DNA of 64,000 nt from Pirellulales bacterium (GTDB lineage Bacteria > Planctomycetota > Planctomycetia > Pirellulales > JAICIG01). Below are positions 40,242 to 49,561 of this stretch, piece by piece (position 1 is the stretch's first letter; every line of letters starts with the position of its first letter). Location of the stretch: contig JBBDYJ010000025.1 of the NCBI GenBank assembly GCA_040901675.1, forward strand, positions 255,943 through 319,942. Direction: 5' to 3'. The translations under genes and the position numbers were made by a program. The notes under the pieces are model-generated. The model saw only the letters and a list, made by a program, of their open reading frames with translations, was not told where the DNA came from and ran no database searches.

Positions 40242-40877
40242 CTACTTCAGGTCGACCGACCAGTAGGCGCTGTCGAGGAAGCTCTTCCAGCTCTCGTACT
40301 TGGGATTGCCCAGCTTGATGCTCAACAGCGGGCTGCGCTTGGGGCGCGTCGGCTGGCGCACCAGGTGCATGTGGGCTTCCCGCGGCGTGCGGCCGCCTTT
40401 CTTGACGTTGCACTTCACGCAACTGCAGACGATGTTCTCCCAGCTCGTCTCGCCGCCGCGGCTGCGGGGGATGACGTGGTCCAGGCTCAGCTCGCTGGTC
40501 GCGAAGCGCCGCCCGCAATACTGGCAGTGGTTGGCGTCGCGGGCGAAGATGTTGCGCCGATTGAAGCGGATGGCTTGCTTGGGCAGGCGGTCGTAGAACA
40601 ACAGCCGGATCACGCGGGGAACCTGGATCTCGAAGTTGACGGCCCTGATCCAGTCTTCGTTGGGCTCCTTGAAGTTCGCCTTCAACTCGCTGATTTCCCG
40701 CCACGACTCGAAGTTGTAATTGGCGTACTGCCCCTGCTCGACGTGGACCACCTCGGCCAGCTCGCGGAACAAGAGCGTGAACGCCCTGCGGACGCTGACG
40801 ACGTGGACTGCCATGTAAAAGCGGTTCAACACCAAAACGCTCGCAGCCAGGGCATCGGCCGCCGCCACGCTCGACAT
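40242..40877 (-). CDS. HNH endonuclease (McrA-like)
   Basis: VLVLN, PRVIRL, FNRRNIFARD..CQYCG, SLDHVIPRSRGG..WENIVCSCVKCNVKKG. Confidence 0.92.
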   Translation of the reverse strand: MSSVAAADALAASVLVLNRFYMAVHVVSVRRAFTLLFRELAEVVHVEQGQYANYNFESWREISELKANFKEPNEDWIRAVNFEIQVPRVIRLLFYDRLPKQAIRFNRRNIFARDANHCQYCGRRFATSELSLDHVIPRSRGGETSWENIVCSCVKCNVKKGGRTPREAHMHLVRQPTRPKRSPLLSIKLGNPKYESWKSFLDSAYWSVDLK

Positions 40878-41234
40878 ACACTCCTCCCAGGGACATCGAT
40901 CCAGTCGGGCCGGCACAGTCCGACCCGGACATGGTGATTCTAATCGTTCGGCCTTGCCACAGCCAGATCCGGCCCGTTACGCCGCCAACCGCGCCGGGGC
41001 CGGCCTAACCCCCCTTCGCCCTCCAGGCGATTCGGGTGCTGCCGGCGACAGTTTGTCAAGCGAAAACTTGAGCCGCGGAGGCGAAACCTGCCAACCAGCC
41101 CAGGCGGTCGAAATTTATGCCCAAGACGGCTTGCTCCCATTCGCGCATTGGCATTAGGATGAAAAACGACATAGCGGTTCGGCCTATTTCGGGGCGCGCG
41201 ACGGCGTTGCCCCAGGACTCGCGAGATTCGTCCC

Positions 41235-41534
41235 ATGATTCATTACTCGTGTGATCTTTGTAAGCGGACTCTCGACCCGGAAGATGATTTGCGCTACGTA
41301 GTCAAGCTGGAAGTGTATGCCGCCTTCGACCCCCTGGAGGTCGAGGAAGACAACGACAACCTGCAGGAGATCCACGAAATCCTGGAGCGGATGGACGACG
41401 CATCCAGCGAAGAGATCGGTGACGACGTGTACCAGCAATTGCGGTTCGATCTGTGCCCCGAGTGCCGCAAGAAGTTCCTCAAGAATCCGCTGGGCCGCAA
41501 GCCGATCGAGCACTTCGACTTCAGCAAGAACTGA
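41235..41534 (+). CDS. Hypothetical Zn-binding protein (CxxC...acidic...CxxC)
   Basis: MIHYSCDLCK..FDLCPECRKKF..FDFSKN. Confidence 0.8.
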   Translation: MIHYSCDLCKRTLDPEDDLRYVVKLEVYAAFDPLEVEEDNDNLQEIHEILERMDDASSEEIGDDVYQQLRFDLCPECRKKFLKNPLGRKPIEHFDFSKN

Positions 41535-41580
41535 CGGCTTCAGCCAGTATGGAGCGGCGCGCCGGCGGCGCGGCATTTTG

Positions 41581-42177
41581 ATGAGCCGGCGATTTCATCC
41601 CCCGCGGCGCCGCGGCGCCCTGGTGCTGGGCGTTGTTTTGGCGCTCGTGGCCGCGCGGGCTTGGCAGGCCTGGCGGCAGCCGGCGCCGCCTGAAAACCTG
41701 GCCGAGGGCCTGCACGCCGTGCGGCGCGTGGTCGACGGCGACACGCTGCTGCTGGCCGGCGGGGCGCGGGTGCGGCTGCTGGGCATCGACGCGCCGGAGA
41801 GCGTCAAGCCGGACCACGCAATCGAGCCCTGGGGCAAGGAGGCCAGCGACTTCAGCCGCCGATTCGTGGCCGCCGGGCCGGTGCGGCTGGAGTTCGACCG
41901 CGAACGCGTCGACCGTTACGGCCGGTTCCTGGCCTACGTCTGGGTCGAGGATCGGTTGTTGAATGAAGAGTTGGTCCGCGCCGGCCTGGCGCGGGCCGAG
42001 CCCCGCTATCGTTACTCGTCGTCCATGAAGCGCCGCTTCCAGCGCGCCCAGCAGGAGGCCCAGGCCCACCGCCGCGGAATCTGGAGCGATGCCACGCCGC
42101 CACCTTCACCCTCCACCGGCCACCTGCTAGAATCCGCACGCCAGCGGCAAATGAGCGGCGCGGTGGACAGGCCATGA
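41581..42177 (+). CDS. Thermonuclease (SNase) family protein with membrane anchor
   Basis: RVVDGDTL, VRLLGIDAPE, DRYGRFLAYV, NEELVRAGLA, AQAHRRGIW. Confidence 0.92.
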   Translation: MSRRFHPPRRRGALVLGVVLALVAARAWQAWRQPAPPENLAEGLHAVRRVVDGDTLLLAGGARVRLLGIDAPESVKPDHAIEPWGKEASDFSRRFVAAGPVRLEFDRERVDRYGRFLAYVWVEDRLLNEELVRAGLARAEPRYRYSSSMKRRFQRAQQEAQAHRRGIWSDATPPPSPSTGHLLESARQRQMSGAVDRP

Positions 42178-42190
42178 GCGGGATGCTTTG

Positions 42191-43249
42191 ATGAAGATCG
42201 CGGTGATCGGCGGCGACGGGACCGGGCCGGAAGTGGCGGCCGAGGGACTCAAAGTGCTGGAGGCGGCGGCCTCGCTGGAGAACTTCCCTTACGAGCTGGC
42301 CCATTACGACTTCGGCGGCGAGCGCTATCTGCGCACCGGCGAGACACTGCCCGACGGGGCGGTGAAAGAGCTGGCCGGGTTCGACGCGATCTACCTGGGC
42401 GCGGTGGGGCACCCCGACGTGGCGCCGGGCATCCTGGAAAAGGGACTGCTGCTGGAGCTGCGTTTCCAGCTCGACCAGTACATCAACCTGCGGCCCGTGC
42501 AGTTGTTTCCCGGCGTGGAAACGCCGCTGAAGGACAAAGGCCCGGACGACATCAACTTCGTCGTGGTCCGCGAGAATACCGAGGACCTCTATTGCGGCGT
42601 GGGCGGCTTCCTGAAGAAGAACACGCCCGACGAGGTGGCCAGCCAGACGGCCGTCTACACCCGCAAGGGGTGCGAGCGGGCAATCCGCTGGGCCTTCGAA
42701 TACACGCGGCGGCGCAACAACCCCAAGAAAATGCTCACGCTGGTGGCCAAGACCAACGTGCTCACTTACGGGCACGACCTCTGGTGGCGCACCTTCCAGG
42801 CCGTTGCCGCCGAGTATCCCGACATCAAGGCCGACTACAACCACGTCGACGCTTGCTGCATGTGGATGGTGAAAAACCCGGAATACTACGACGTGATCGT
42901 CACGACGAACATGTTCGGCGACATCATCACCGACCTAGGCGGCATCCTGCAGGGAGGCATGGGGGTGGCGGCCGGGGCGAACCTGAACCCCGAGCCGGGT
43001 GGCACGAGCATGTTCGAGCCGATGGGCGGCAGCGCGCCCAAGTACACGGGCCAGCACGTCATCAACCCCATCGCCGCCATCAACGCCATGGCCATGCTGC
43101 TGGAGCACACCGGTCAGCCGCGGGCGGCGGCGCGCGTGATGCAAGCGATCAAGACGGTGACCGGCACCAAGATGAAGAGCCAGGCGGCCGGCAGAATGGG
43201 CTACAGCACTCAGCAAGTGGGCGACCTGGTGGTCAAGGCACTCGGATAG
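42191..43249 (+). CDS. leuB: 3-isopropylmalate dehydrogenase (isocitrate/isopropylmalate dehydrogenase family)
   Basis: IAVIGGDGTGPEV, INLRPV, VRENTEDLY, NMFGDIITD, FEPMGGSAP. Confidence 0.88.
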   Translation: MKIAVIGGDGTGPEVAAEGLKVLEAAASLENFPYELAHYDFGGERYLRTGETLPDGAVKELAGFDAIYLGAVGHPDVAPGILEKGLLLELRFQLDQYINLRPVQLFPGVETPLKDKGPDDINFVVVRENTEDLYCGVGGFLKKNTPDEVASQTAVYTRKGCERAIRWAFEYTRRRNNPKKMLTLVAKTNVLTYGHDLWWRTFQAVAAEYPDIKADYNHVDACCMWMVKNPEYYDVIVTTNMFGDIITDLGGILQGGMGVAAGANLNPEPGGTSMFEPMGGSAPKYTGQHVINPIAAINAMAMLLEHTGQPRAAARVMQAIKTVTGTKMKSQAAGRMGYSTQQVGDLVVKALG

Positions 43250-43254
43250 ACATC

Positions 43255-44028
43255 ATGGCAATCGACCTGTTCGACCTGAAGGGGCGCGTGGCGCTGGTTA
43301 CCGGCGGCAGCAAGGGGCTGGGGCTGGCCATGGCGCGGATTTTTGCCGAGGCCGGCGCGGACGTCATCGTCTCCAGCCGGCACGAGAACGACCTGGCCAA
43401 GGCCGTGGCGGAAATCCAAAAAGTCGCGGCGGGCGGCCGGGCCGGCTATCTCGTGGCCGACATGACCGAGCGGAAGGACATCGAGCGGCTGGCCCAGTCG
43501 GCCCTGGCCGAGCATCGCCACGTCGACATCCTGGTGAACAACGCGGGGTCGAACCAGCCGCAGGCGATCGACGAGATCCGCGACGAGGACTGGGACCGCA
43601 TCATCCAGTTGAACCTGACCAGTTGCATGGCGCTGACGCGGGCCATCGTCCCCTCGATGAAGGAGCGCCGCTGGGGGCGCGTGATCCACATCTCGTCGAT
43701 CATGGGGTTGGCCTCGAAGGAAGCGCGCAACGTCTACTCGGCCACCAAGGCGGGGCTGATCGGCCTGGCCCGCGCCAGCGCGCTGGACCTGGGTCCGTAC
43801 GGCATCACGGTGAACTGCCTGGCCCCCGGGCCTTTTTTGACCGACCTGCCCGGCACGCTGCTGACCGAGGCCGAAAAGAAGGGCTTTGCCCAACGGACCG
43901 CGCTAGGCCGCTGGGGGCAGCCCCGCGAGCTGGCCGGGCCGGCGCTGCTCTTGGCCAGCGAAGCCGGCAGTTACATCACCGGCGCCGTTTTGGTCGTCGA
44001 CGGCGGCACCTTGGTCAAAACCTTCTGA
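43255..44028 (+). CDS. SDR-family oxidoreductase
   Basis: TGGSKGLG, DILVNNAG, YSATK, VNCLAPG, VDGG. Confidence 0.93.
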   Translation: MAIDLFDLKGRVALVTGGSKGLGLAMARIFAEAGADVIVSSRHENDLAKAVAEIQKVAAGGRAGYLVADMTERKDIERLAQSALAEHRHVDILVNNAGSNQPQAIDEIRDEDWDRIIQLNLTSCMALTRAIVPSMKERRWGRVIHISSIMGLASKEARNVYSATKAGLIGLARASALDLGPYGITVNCLAPGPFLTDLPGTLLTEAEKKGFAQRTALGRWGQPRELAGPALLLASEAGSYITGAVLVVDGGTLVKTF

Positions 44029-44181
44029 CGCGCCGCGGTATGGTTAGAAGCGAAGTGAGCCCGGTTGTCCGCGCGCGTTGCGATATCGCGCAGCCACTGT
44101 CCGCCCTTGTATGACCAATGTACACGGGATGCCGGTCATGGCAGACTGGCTCGCCGTGGAGCCGTGAGGAGAGCTTTTGCC

Positions 44182-44298
44182 GCCCTGAAAGGGCAATGAC
44201 ATACCAGCCCAGGGCAGAGCGCAGCGGCGTCAGCCGCGCAGCGCCGCCCTGGGAAGGTGCCACCCCAAAAGCGCGGGTGCCCTGAAAGGGCGAAACAA
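44182..44298 (+). repeat. Long REP-like family B element (about 117 bp)
   Basis: gccctgaaagggc..ataccagcccagggcagagcgcagcggcgtcagccgc..gcgccgccctggg..gccctgaaagggcgaaacaa, near-identical core to 55136-55253. Confidence 0.88.
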
Positions 44299-44450
44299 GG
44301 CGTCGCGCGGTCGGCCGCCGTCGGTCGCGTCGCCCTTTGACGCGGAGGAGCGAACCGCGCGCCCTTCGGCCCCTGGCCTCCGCCCCGCTGACTGGGCCGC
44401 GAGTCCGCCGCAGGCGGAACTTCCGACCTCTGCCCTCCGACCTCTGCTCC

Positions 44451-45026
44451 TCAGCTATGCATGCGGGGCGGCTCGCCGCCGCGGCCGATGATCCGGGCCT
44501 CTTCAGCCGAAAGCTCTTCCAGCCGCTGGTGTACTTCATCCGGTGGTGCAAACAGCCGGGCCATCTGCACATAGCTGGAATGGTGCCGCGCTTCGGACTC
44601 GAACAAGTCCCGATAGAAATCGGCCAGTGGCCGGTCGTCCAGCCGCTCCATCAAGAGGGCGAAGCGCTCGCAAGAGCGGGCCTCGATCAGCGCAGCGATC
44701 AGCAGCCGGTCCACGGCCCGCTGCGGTTCCTCTTGGCGCACCAACTCGGCCAGGTCGGCGCCGTAGCGGCTCGGCTTTAATCGCCGGAAGCGGATGCCCC
44801 GCCGCTGGAGCAGGTCGAGCACGCGGCAGAAGTGGTCCAGCTCTTCGGCCACAATCTCCGAAAGCGGCCGGACCAGGTCCACCTTGTCGACATACGCGAA
44901 GATCAGGTTCATGGCCGTGCCGGCCGCCTTCTTTTCGCAGTGCGCATGGTCCAGCAGCAGCTCGTCCAGGTTGCCGCGGACGCTCTCGAACCAACTATCG
45001 GCGGTCGGTGTCTTGAGGCTCAGCAC
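44451..45026 (-). CDS. miaE: tRNA-(ms2io6A) hydroxylase
   Basis: LLDHAHCEKKAA, EELDHF, DRLLIAALIEARSCERF, SEARHH, RMHS. Confidence 0.93.
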   Translation of the reverse strand: MLSLKTPTADSWFESVRGNLDELLLDHAHCEKKAAGTAMNLIFAYVDKVDLVRPLSEIVAEELDHFCRVLDLLQRRGIRFRRLKPSRYGADLAELVRQEEPQRAVDRLLIAALIEARSCERFALLMERLDDRPLADFYRDLFESEARHHSSYVQMARLFAPPDEVHQRLEELSAEEARIIGRGGEPPRMHS

Positions 45027-45164
45027 AACGAGTTTTTACCTTCCCGGTCAGCACTGCGGAAGTCCCCGCCTTGCATGTCGAACTGCTCGGTGGCGCGCGG
45101 TATAATCGTCTTCTCGCCGCCCCAGGGTGCGGAGTAAAGGACAACGTGGGACAGGAGAACACGA

Positions 45165-45407
45165 TTGACGATTGAGCAAGTGCGGACGGCCTACGGGGCC
45201 GAGCCATTTCGCCCGTTTGTCCTGCACCTTGCCGACGGCCGCAAATTGGCCGTTCAGCACCGCGAGTTCATGGCCACCGCGCCCAGCGGCCGCACGATTG
45301 TCGTCTACCAGCCGGACGATTCGTTCAACGTCGTGGATCTGCTGTTGGTCGCCGACTTGGAGTTCAAAGCTTCGGCGGACGGCCGACGCAAGCGACCAAA
45401 GCACTAG
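45165..45407 (+). CDS. Small hypothetical protein (PFRPF..L.DGR family)
   Basis: TTG start with AGGAG RBS and an upstream TATAAT at 45101-45106. Confidence 0.75.
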   Translation: MTIEQVRTAYGAEPFRPFVLHLADGRKLAVQHREFMATAPSGRTIVVYQPDDSFNVVDLLLVADLEFKASADGRRKRPKH

Positions 45408-45415
45408 GCGCTTTC

Positions 45416-46426
45416 GTGCTTGCTCTCGAAGAAAAACTGGCGCGGGCCTGGCCTCCGGCCGGGTGGCGCGACGTGACGGTGCTGGTCGCCGTGTCGGGCG
45501 GGCCGGACAGCGTGGCGCTGTTGCGCGCTTTGGCCGCCATTCGCGGCCCGGGGCCGGGACGGCTCGTGGCGGCCCACTTCAATCATCGTTTGCGCGGCGC
45601 CGATTCGGACGACGACGAACAGTTCGTGGTCAGCCTGTGCCGCCAGCTCGGGGTGGAGCTCGAGCTGGGCCGGGCGGATACTTCTCCCCCGCCGCCGGCG
45701 GTCGGCGACGGCCTGGAGGCGGCGGCACGCCAGGCGCGATACGCGTTTTTGAAAGCGGCCGCGGCGCGCCGGGGGGCCCGCTACGTGGCCACCGCCCACA
45801 CGGCCGACGACCAGGCACTGACGATTTTGCACCGCGTGCTGCGGGGCACGGGCCTGGCCGGGCTGGCGGGCATCCCGCGCGTCCGTCGGCTCTCGCGCGG
45901 CACGGCCCTGGTGCGGCCTTTGTTGACGATGCGGCGGCAGGAGCTGCTGGCATATCTGGAGGAGCTTGGGCAGACGTACCGGGTCGACTCGAGCAACCTC
46001 CAGACGCTTCACACCCGCAATCGGCTGCGGCTGGAGCTGTTGCCGCAACTGGAGCAGCACTACAACCCGCGCGTGGTCGAGGCCCTCGTACGGCTGGGTA
46101 CACTGGCCGGCGAGGCGCAGCAGGTGCTGGAGCCGATGATCGAATCGCTGACCGAGCAGGCTGTCCACGCGCAGCGGGGTCGAGTGGTGATCGACTGCTC
46201 CGCCCTGGCGGGCCAGCCGAGGTACCTGGTGCGCGAGATGTTCGTGGTCGCGTGGCGGGGGCAGGGCTGGCCCGAACAATCGATGGGCTTCGAGCAGTGG
46301 GAGCGGCTGGCCGAGCTGGCGATGACCGGGGCCACCCGCCGGGAAGTCAAGATCACGCTGCCCGGAGCCATAGCCGCGCATAAAAAAGGCGAGCAGCTTA
46401 CGCTGGCTCGCCTGGAGCAAGACTGA
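45416..46426 (+). CDS. tilS: tRNA(Ile)-lysidine synthetase (short form)
   Basis: VAVSGGPDSVALL, HFNHRLRG, EAAARQARY, TAHTADDQA, RPLL, DSSN, RNRLR. Confidence 0.94.
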   Translation: MLALEEKLARAWPPAGWRDVTVLVAVSGGPDSVALLRALAAIRGPGPGRLVAAHFNHRLRGADSDDDEQFVVSLCRQLGVELELGRADTSPPPPAVGDGLEAAARQARYAFLKAAAARRGARYVATAHTADDQALTILHRVLRGTGLAGLAGIPRVRRLSRGTALVRPLLTMRRQELLAYLEELGQTYRVDSSNLQTLHTRNRLRLELLPQLEQHYNPRVVEALVRLGTLAGEAQQVLEPMIESLTEQAVHAQRGRVVIDCSALAGQPRYLVREMFVVAWRGQGWPEQSMGFEQWERLAELAMTGATRREVKITLPGAIAAHKKGEQLTLARLEQD

Positions 46427-46429
46427 AGT

Positions 46430-46459
46430 GCACGGCCGGCGCGCCGCGCCCGGCCGTGC
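46430..46459. terminator. GC-rich hairpin between convergent tilS and MFS genes
   Basis: gcacggccgg / ccggccgtgc 10-bp stem. There is no long U-tract. Confidence 0.5.
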
Positions 46460-46479
46460 TTGCAGTGGATCGGGCCGGT

Positions 46480-47949
46480 TTACTGGATCGGACCTTCCAC
46501 GCCGCCGGACAGCTTTTCGGGGTCAATCCGGCCCGCCAGGATCTCCGGTTGGTAGCCGCCGCGCGCTTTGTCGTACAGCGCGATCCCGCCGAAAATGAAG
46601 ATCAACGCCGCGGGCAGAATGCTGACCCAGCGGAACGCCATCGAAAAGCCGATGCGCTCGGCCGACTCGGCCACCTCGCGAGGCGGACTCTGCTCGGGCA
46701 GGCTTTGGACCGCCTGGGCATCCAGGCCGGTGTACTTGCCCTTGTCATCGGCCTTCAGAATGGTCGATACCGGCACGGAACCCAACGACTCTTCGTTTTC
46801 GACCACGTGGGTTACGGCGTAGTGGTCGACAATCTTGCCCATCTGGGGCAGCACGAAAGCGATCGAGATATTCCCGGCCGACCCCATCAGGGCCAGGATC
46901 AGCGCGCCCCCCTTGGGGAACCGCTCGGCGGCCACGCCCAGCATCGTGGGCCAGAAGTAGGCGATCCCCAGGCCATAGATCGTTGCGTAGGCAAAGGCGG
47001 TCTGAACTGAATCGGCATAGCTCAACAGGTACAGCCCGACCGCGGAGAGCACCGCCGAGCCGGTGAGCATGCCCACGGGCGAAAGCCGGTGGGCGATCGG
47101 CCCGGCAAAGTGCCGCAGCACGAACATCATGCCGGAGGTATAGACCAGGATCAGCGTGCCCGCCGAGGCGGTCTTGAGCATGCTGGTCATGACCGAGTTC
47201 TGCCATTTCTGCGGGCCCAACTCGGTGGCGGCCGTCAGCAGCATGCAGAACGCCCACAGCAGGAACATCGGACGCGCCACCTGCGACAGCATCTCGCCCG
47301 TGGAAACGCCCGATGCGACCCGCTCGGTGGCCGGAAACAGCGAGCCGATGAGCATGAACCCGTAGACCAGCGCCGGGATCACGATCAAGAACAAGCAGCA
47401 CTGCCAGTACTCCAGGCCCGCGATGAGGTTCGTCTCGTCGGTGCCCGCCGTGAAGACCACGTTCCGCATGAACACGGCCAGCAACCCGCCGATCACCAGG
47501 CCCCCGGGCCACCAGGCGTGCAGGATGTTGAGGAAGTGCGTCTTTTGTTTGTGATAGAGCGTCGCCACCAGCGGATTGATGCCGACTTCGGTAAAGCCGT
47601 TGCCGAATCCCATCAAGAGGCCGGAGACGTAAAGCCACCAATACGCGTTGTCACTGCTGGTGAAATCCACGTTCTTGGAGAAAACCATGCCCAGCGTGCC
47701 GGAGAGGTGGCTGGCCAGGGCCATGAACATGATCGTCTTGATCCCCAGAAAGTCGCAGACAAATCCGCCGAACAGCATCGAGATGGCCATGCCGTAGAAG
47801 ATCGCCTGCCCGATGTCGCCGTTTTGTTGTTGATTGAAGTTGAACGTCTTACCCATCTCCTGCATCACGTCGCCGTGCAAGCTGAAAGTGAATGCCGACG
47901 TGACCAGGGCGATACAGCTACAGATGAACAGGCGACGGTTGTTGAACAT
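46480..47949 (-). CDS. MFS transporter (FucP-like)
   Basis: About 12 hydrophobic segments, GFGNGFTEVGINPLVATLY, LHAWWPGG, FWPTMLG..ERFPKGG. Confidence 0.9.
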   Translation of the reverse strand: MFNNRRLFICSCIALVTSAFTFSLHGDVMQEMGKTFNFNQQQNGDIGQAIFYGMAISMLFGGFVCDFLGIKTIMFMALASHLSGTLGMVFSKNVDFTSSDNAYWWLYVSGLLMGFGNGFTEVGINPLVATLYHKQKTHFLNILHAWWPGGLVIGGLLAVFMRNVVFTAGTDETNLIAGLEYWQCCLFLIVIPALVYGFMLIGSLFPATERVASGVSTGEMLSQVARPMFLLWAFCMLLTAATELGPQKWQNSVMTSMLKTASAGTLILVYTSGMMFVLRHFAGPIAHRLSPVGMLTGSAVLSAVGLYLLSYADSVQTAFAYATIYGLGIAYFWPTMLGVAAERFPKGGALILALMGSAGNISIAFVLPQMGKIVDHYAVTHVVENEESLGSVPVSTILKADDKGKYTGLDAQAVQSLPEQSPPREVAESAERIGFSMAFRWVSILPAALIFIFGGIALYDKARGGYQPEILAGRIDPEKLSGGVEGPIQ

Positions 47950-48316
47950 CCGGTGACTCCTCGTGACTGCGGTGGGCGGGTGCTCTTGGCGCGCGGTAAA
48001 ATCCACGCCGCATCGCGCCGGCCAGCCACGCGATGCGGCTCATGCTGCTCGGGAGCGATCCGACAAGGACGGCCGGATTCGAGTATACAAGCGGCCCAAG
48101 CAAAGTAAATCCGCCGCTCGTAGTGATTTGTGGCACTTCCGCGGGCGGCTTCGGCACGACACGCACGATCCGTCCGGATCGCCTGGCTTACCCAATTGCT
48201 CGACCGGACTCCAGCCCGGGCGATCAAACCTGCCTTGACCGGCTGCGCTGCCAAGACGTACCATTCCACGCCTTTATCTTTTTTGCCGGCAGCCGGATAC
48301 GTAAACGGAACCGCCT

Positions 48317-49561
48317 ATGCGGCCACCTTCGAGCGACTGGACCAGGCTCGGGGGGCTGTTGCTCGTGGCGCTTGGCACGCGGTTGGCCGCGGCCGTCTGG
48401 TGGCAGGCCCGTCTGGAACCCGGAGCAAGCTTTGCCTTTCCTGACAGCCAGACGTATTGGGACCTGGGTCAGGCCCTGGCCAACGGCGAGCCGTTTCAGT
48501 ACGGCTCCCCCGACGCCAGCATCTTCCGCATGCCCGGCTACCCCTGGCTCTTGTCGCTGATGTTTCGGCTGCTGGGAACCGACGCCTCCGTGATGTGGGC
48601 CCGCGGCCTGGGAGCCGTGCTCGGAACGCTGACCGTGGCGGCCCTGTACTGGCTGGCACGGCAGATGTTCGACCGCTCCTCGGCACTCATCGCGGCCGCC
48701 ATGGCGGCCGTTTATCCGGGAGCCGTCGGCATGAGCGTGTTCGTGCTGAGCGAGGCGCTCTTCTGCCCGCTGATGCTGGCGCAGCTCGCGCTTTGGGCCG
48801 CAAGCTGGCAGGCCGCCAGCCGTCGCGGCTCGATCTGGTTGTCGGCGGCGTCCGGCCTGCTGGCCGGCCTGGCTACGCTGACGCGCCCCAGTTGGCTGGC
48901 CTTCGTCCCCTTCGTCATGCTGGCTGGCCTGGTGGCGGGCGGCCAGCGGCGGCGGCACCTGCTGCTGGGGTTGGCGGCGCTGGCCGCTCTGGCGCTGGCC
49001 ATGCTGCCCTGGTGGGTCCGCAACGCGCGGCTGGTGGGCCACTTCGTGCCGACCACGCTGCAGGTCGGCGCCAGCTTGTACGACGGCTTGAATCCGCGGG
49101 CCGACGGCGGCAGCGATATGTCGTTCGTGCCCCGTTTCGAGGCGCTGGAGCGGGCCAACGCGGCGGCCGGCGAGCCGTTCGAATACCGCCTCGACCGGCG
49201 GCTGCGCAACGAAGCCATCGAGTACGCCCGGAACAATCCGGGGCGGGCGCTGGCCCTGGCCGCAATCAAGGCGGCGCGGATGTGGAACGTCTGGCCCAAC
49301 GAGGCGATTTCAGGGGGCTGGCTCGTGGGGCTGCTGATGCTTCTGACCTACGTGCCGGCCTTGGGCTTGGCGCTGGCCGGCGCTTGGAAATACCGGCGGT
49401 TGGGATGGCCCTACGCGTTGTGCTGGCTCCCGGCGGGGTATCTCACGCTGCTGCACATGATTTTCGTCAGTTCGATTCGTTACCGCGAGCCGGCCATGCT
49501 GGCCCTGCTGGTGCTGTCGGCCGCCACTGTGCGAGGAGTCCTGGTATCGCGAGGGGAGTGA
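48317..49561 (+). CDS. GT-C fold membrane glycosyltransferase (ArnT/PMT, GT39/83-like)
   Basis: PDSQTY, RMPGYP, LSEALF, LATLTRP, PWWVRN, RYREP. Confidence 0.85.
   Translation: MRPPSSDWTRLGGLLLVALGTRLAAAVWWQARLEPGASFAFPDSQTYWDLGQALANGEPFQYGSPDASIFRMPGYPWLLSLMFRLLGTDASVMWARGLGAVLGTLTVAALYWLARQMFDRSSALIAAAMAAVYPGAVGMSVFVLSEALFCPLMLAQLALWAASWQAASRRGSIWLSAASGLLAGLATLTRPSWLAFVPFVMLAGLVAGGQRRRHLLLGLAALAALALAMLPWWVRNARLVGHFVPTTLQVGASLYDGLNPRADGGSDMSFVPRFEALERANAAAGEPFEYRLDRRLRNEAIEYARNNPGRALALAAIKAARMWNVWPNEAISGGWLVGLLMLLTYVPALGLALAGAWKYRRLGWPYALCWLPAGYLTLLHMIFVSSIRYREPAMLALLVLSAATVRGVLVSRGE

Noticed and set aside
40242..41234. HNH gene as an IscB/Cas9-like or RNA-guided nuclease with upstream ncRNA
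   Set aside because: Only 211 aa, no RuvC or PLMP motifs, ordinary McrA-like layout, and no evident repeat or RNA scaffold upstream.
48457..49557. N-terminal 367 aa of the tracked 1435-aa ORF
   Set aside because: It overlaps the glycosyltransferase in another frame and is low-complexity Arg/Ala/Gly. The real start is most likely GTG 49558.
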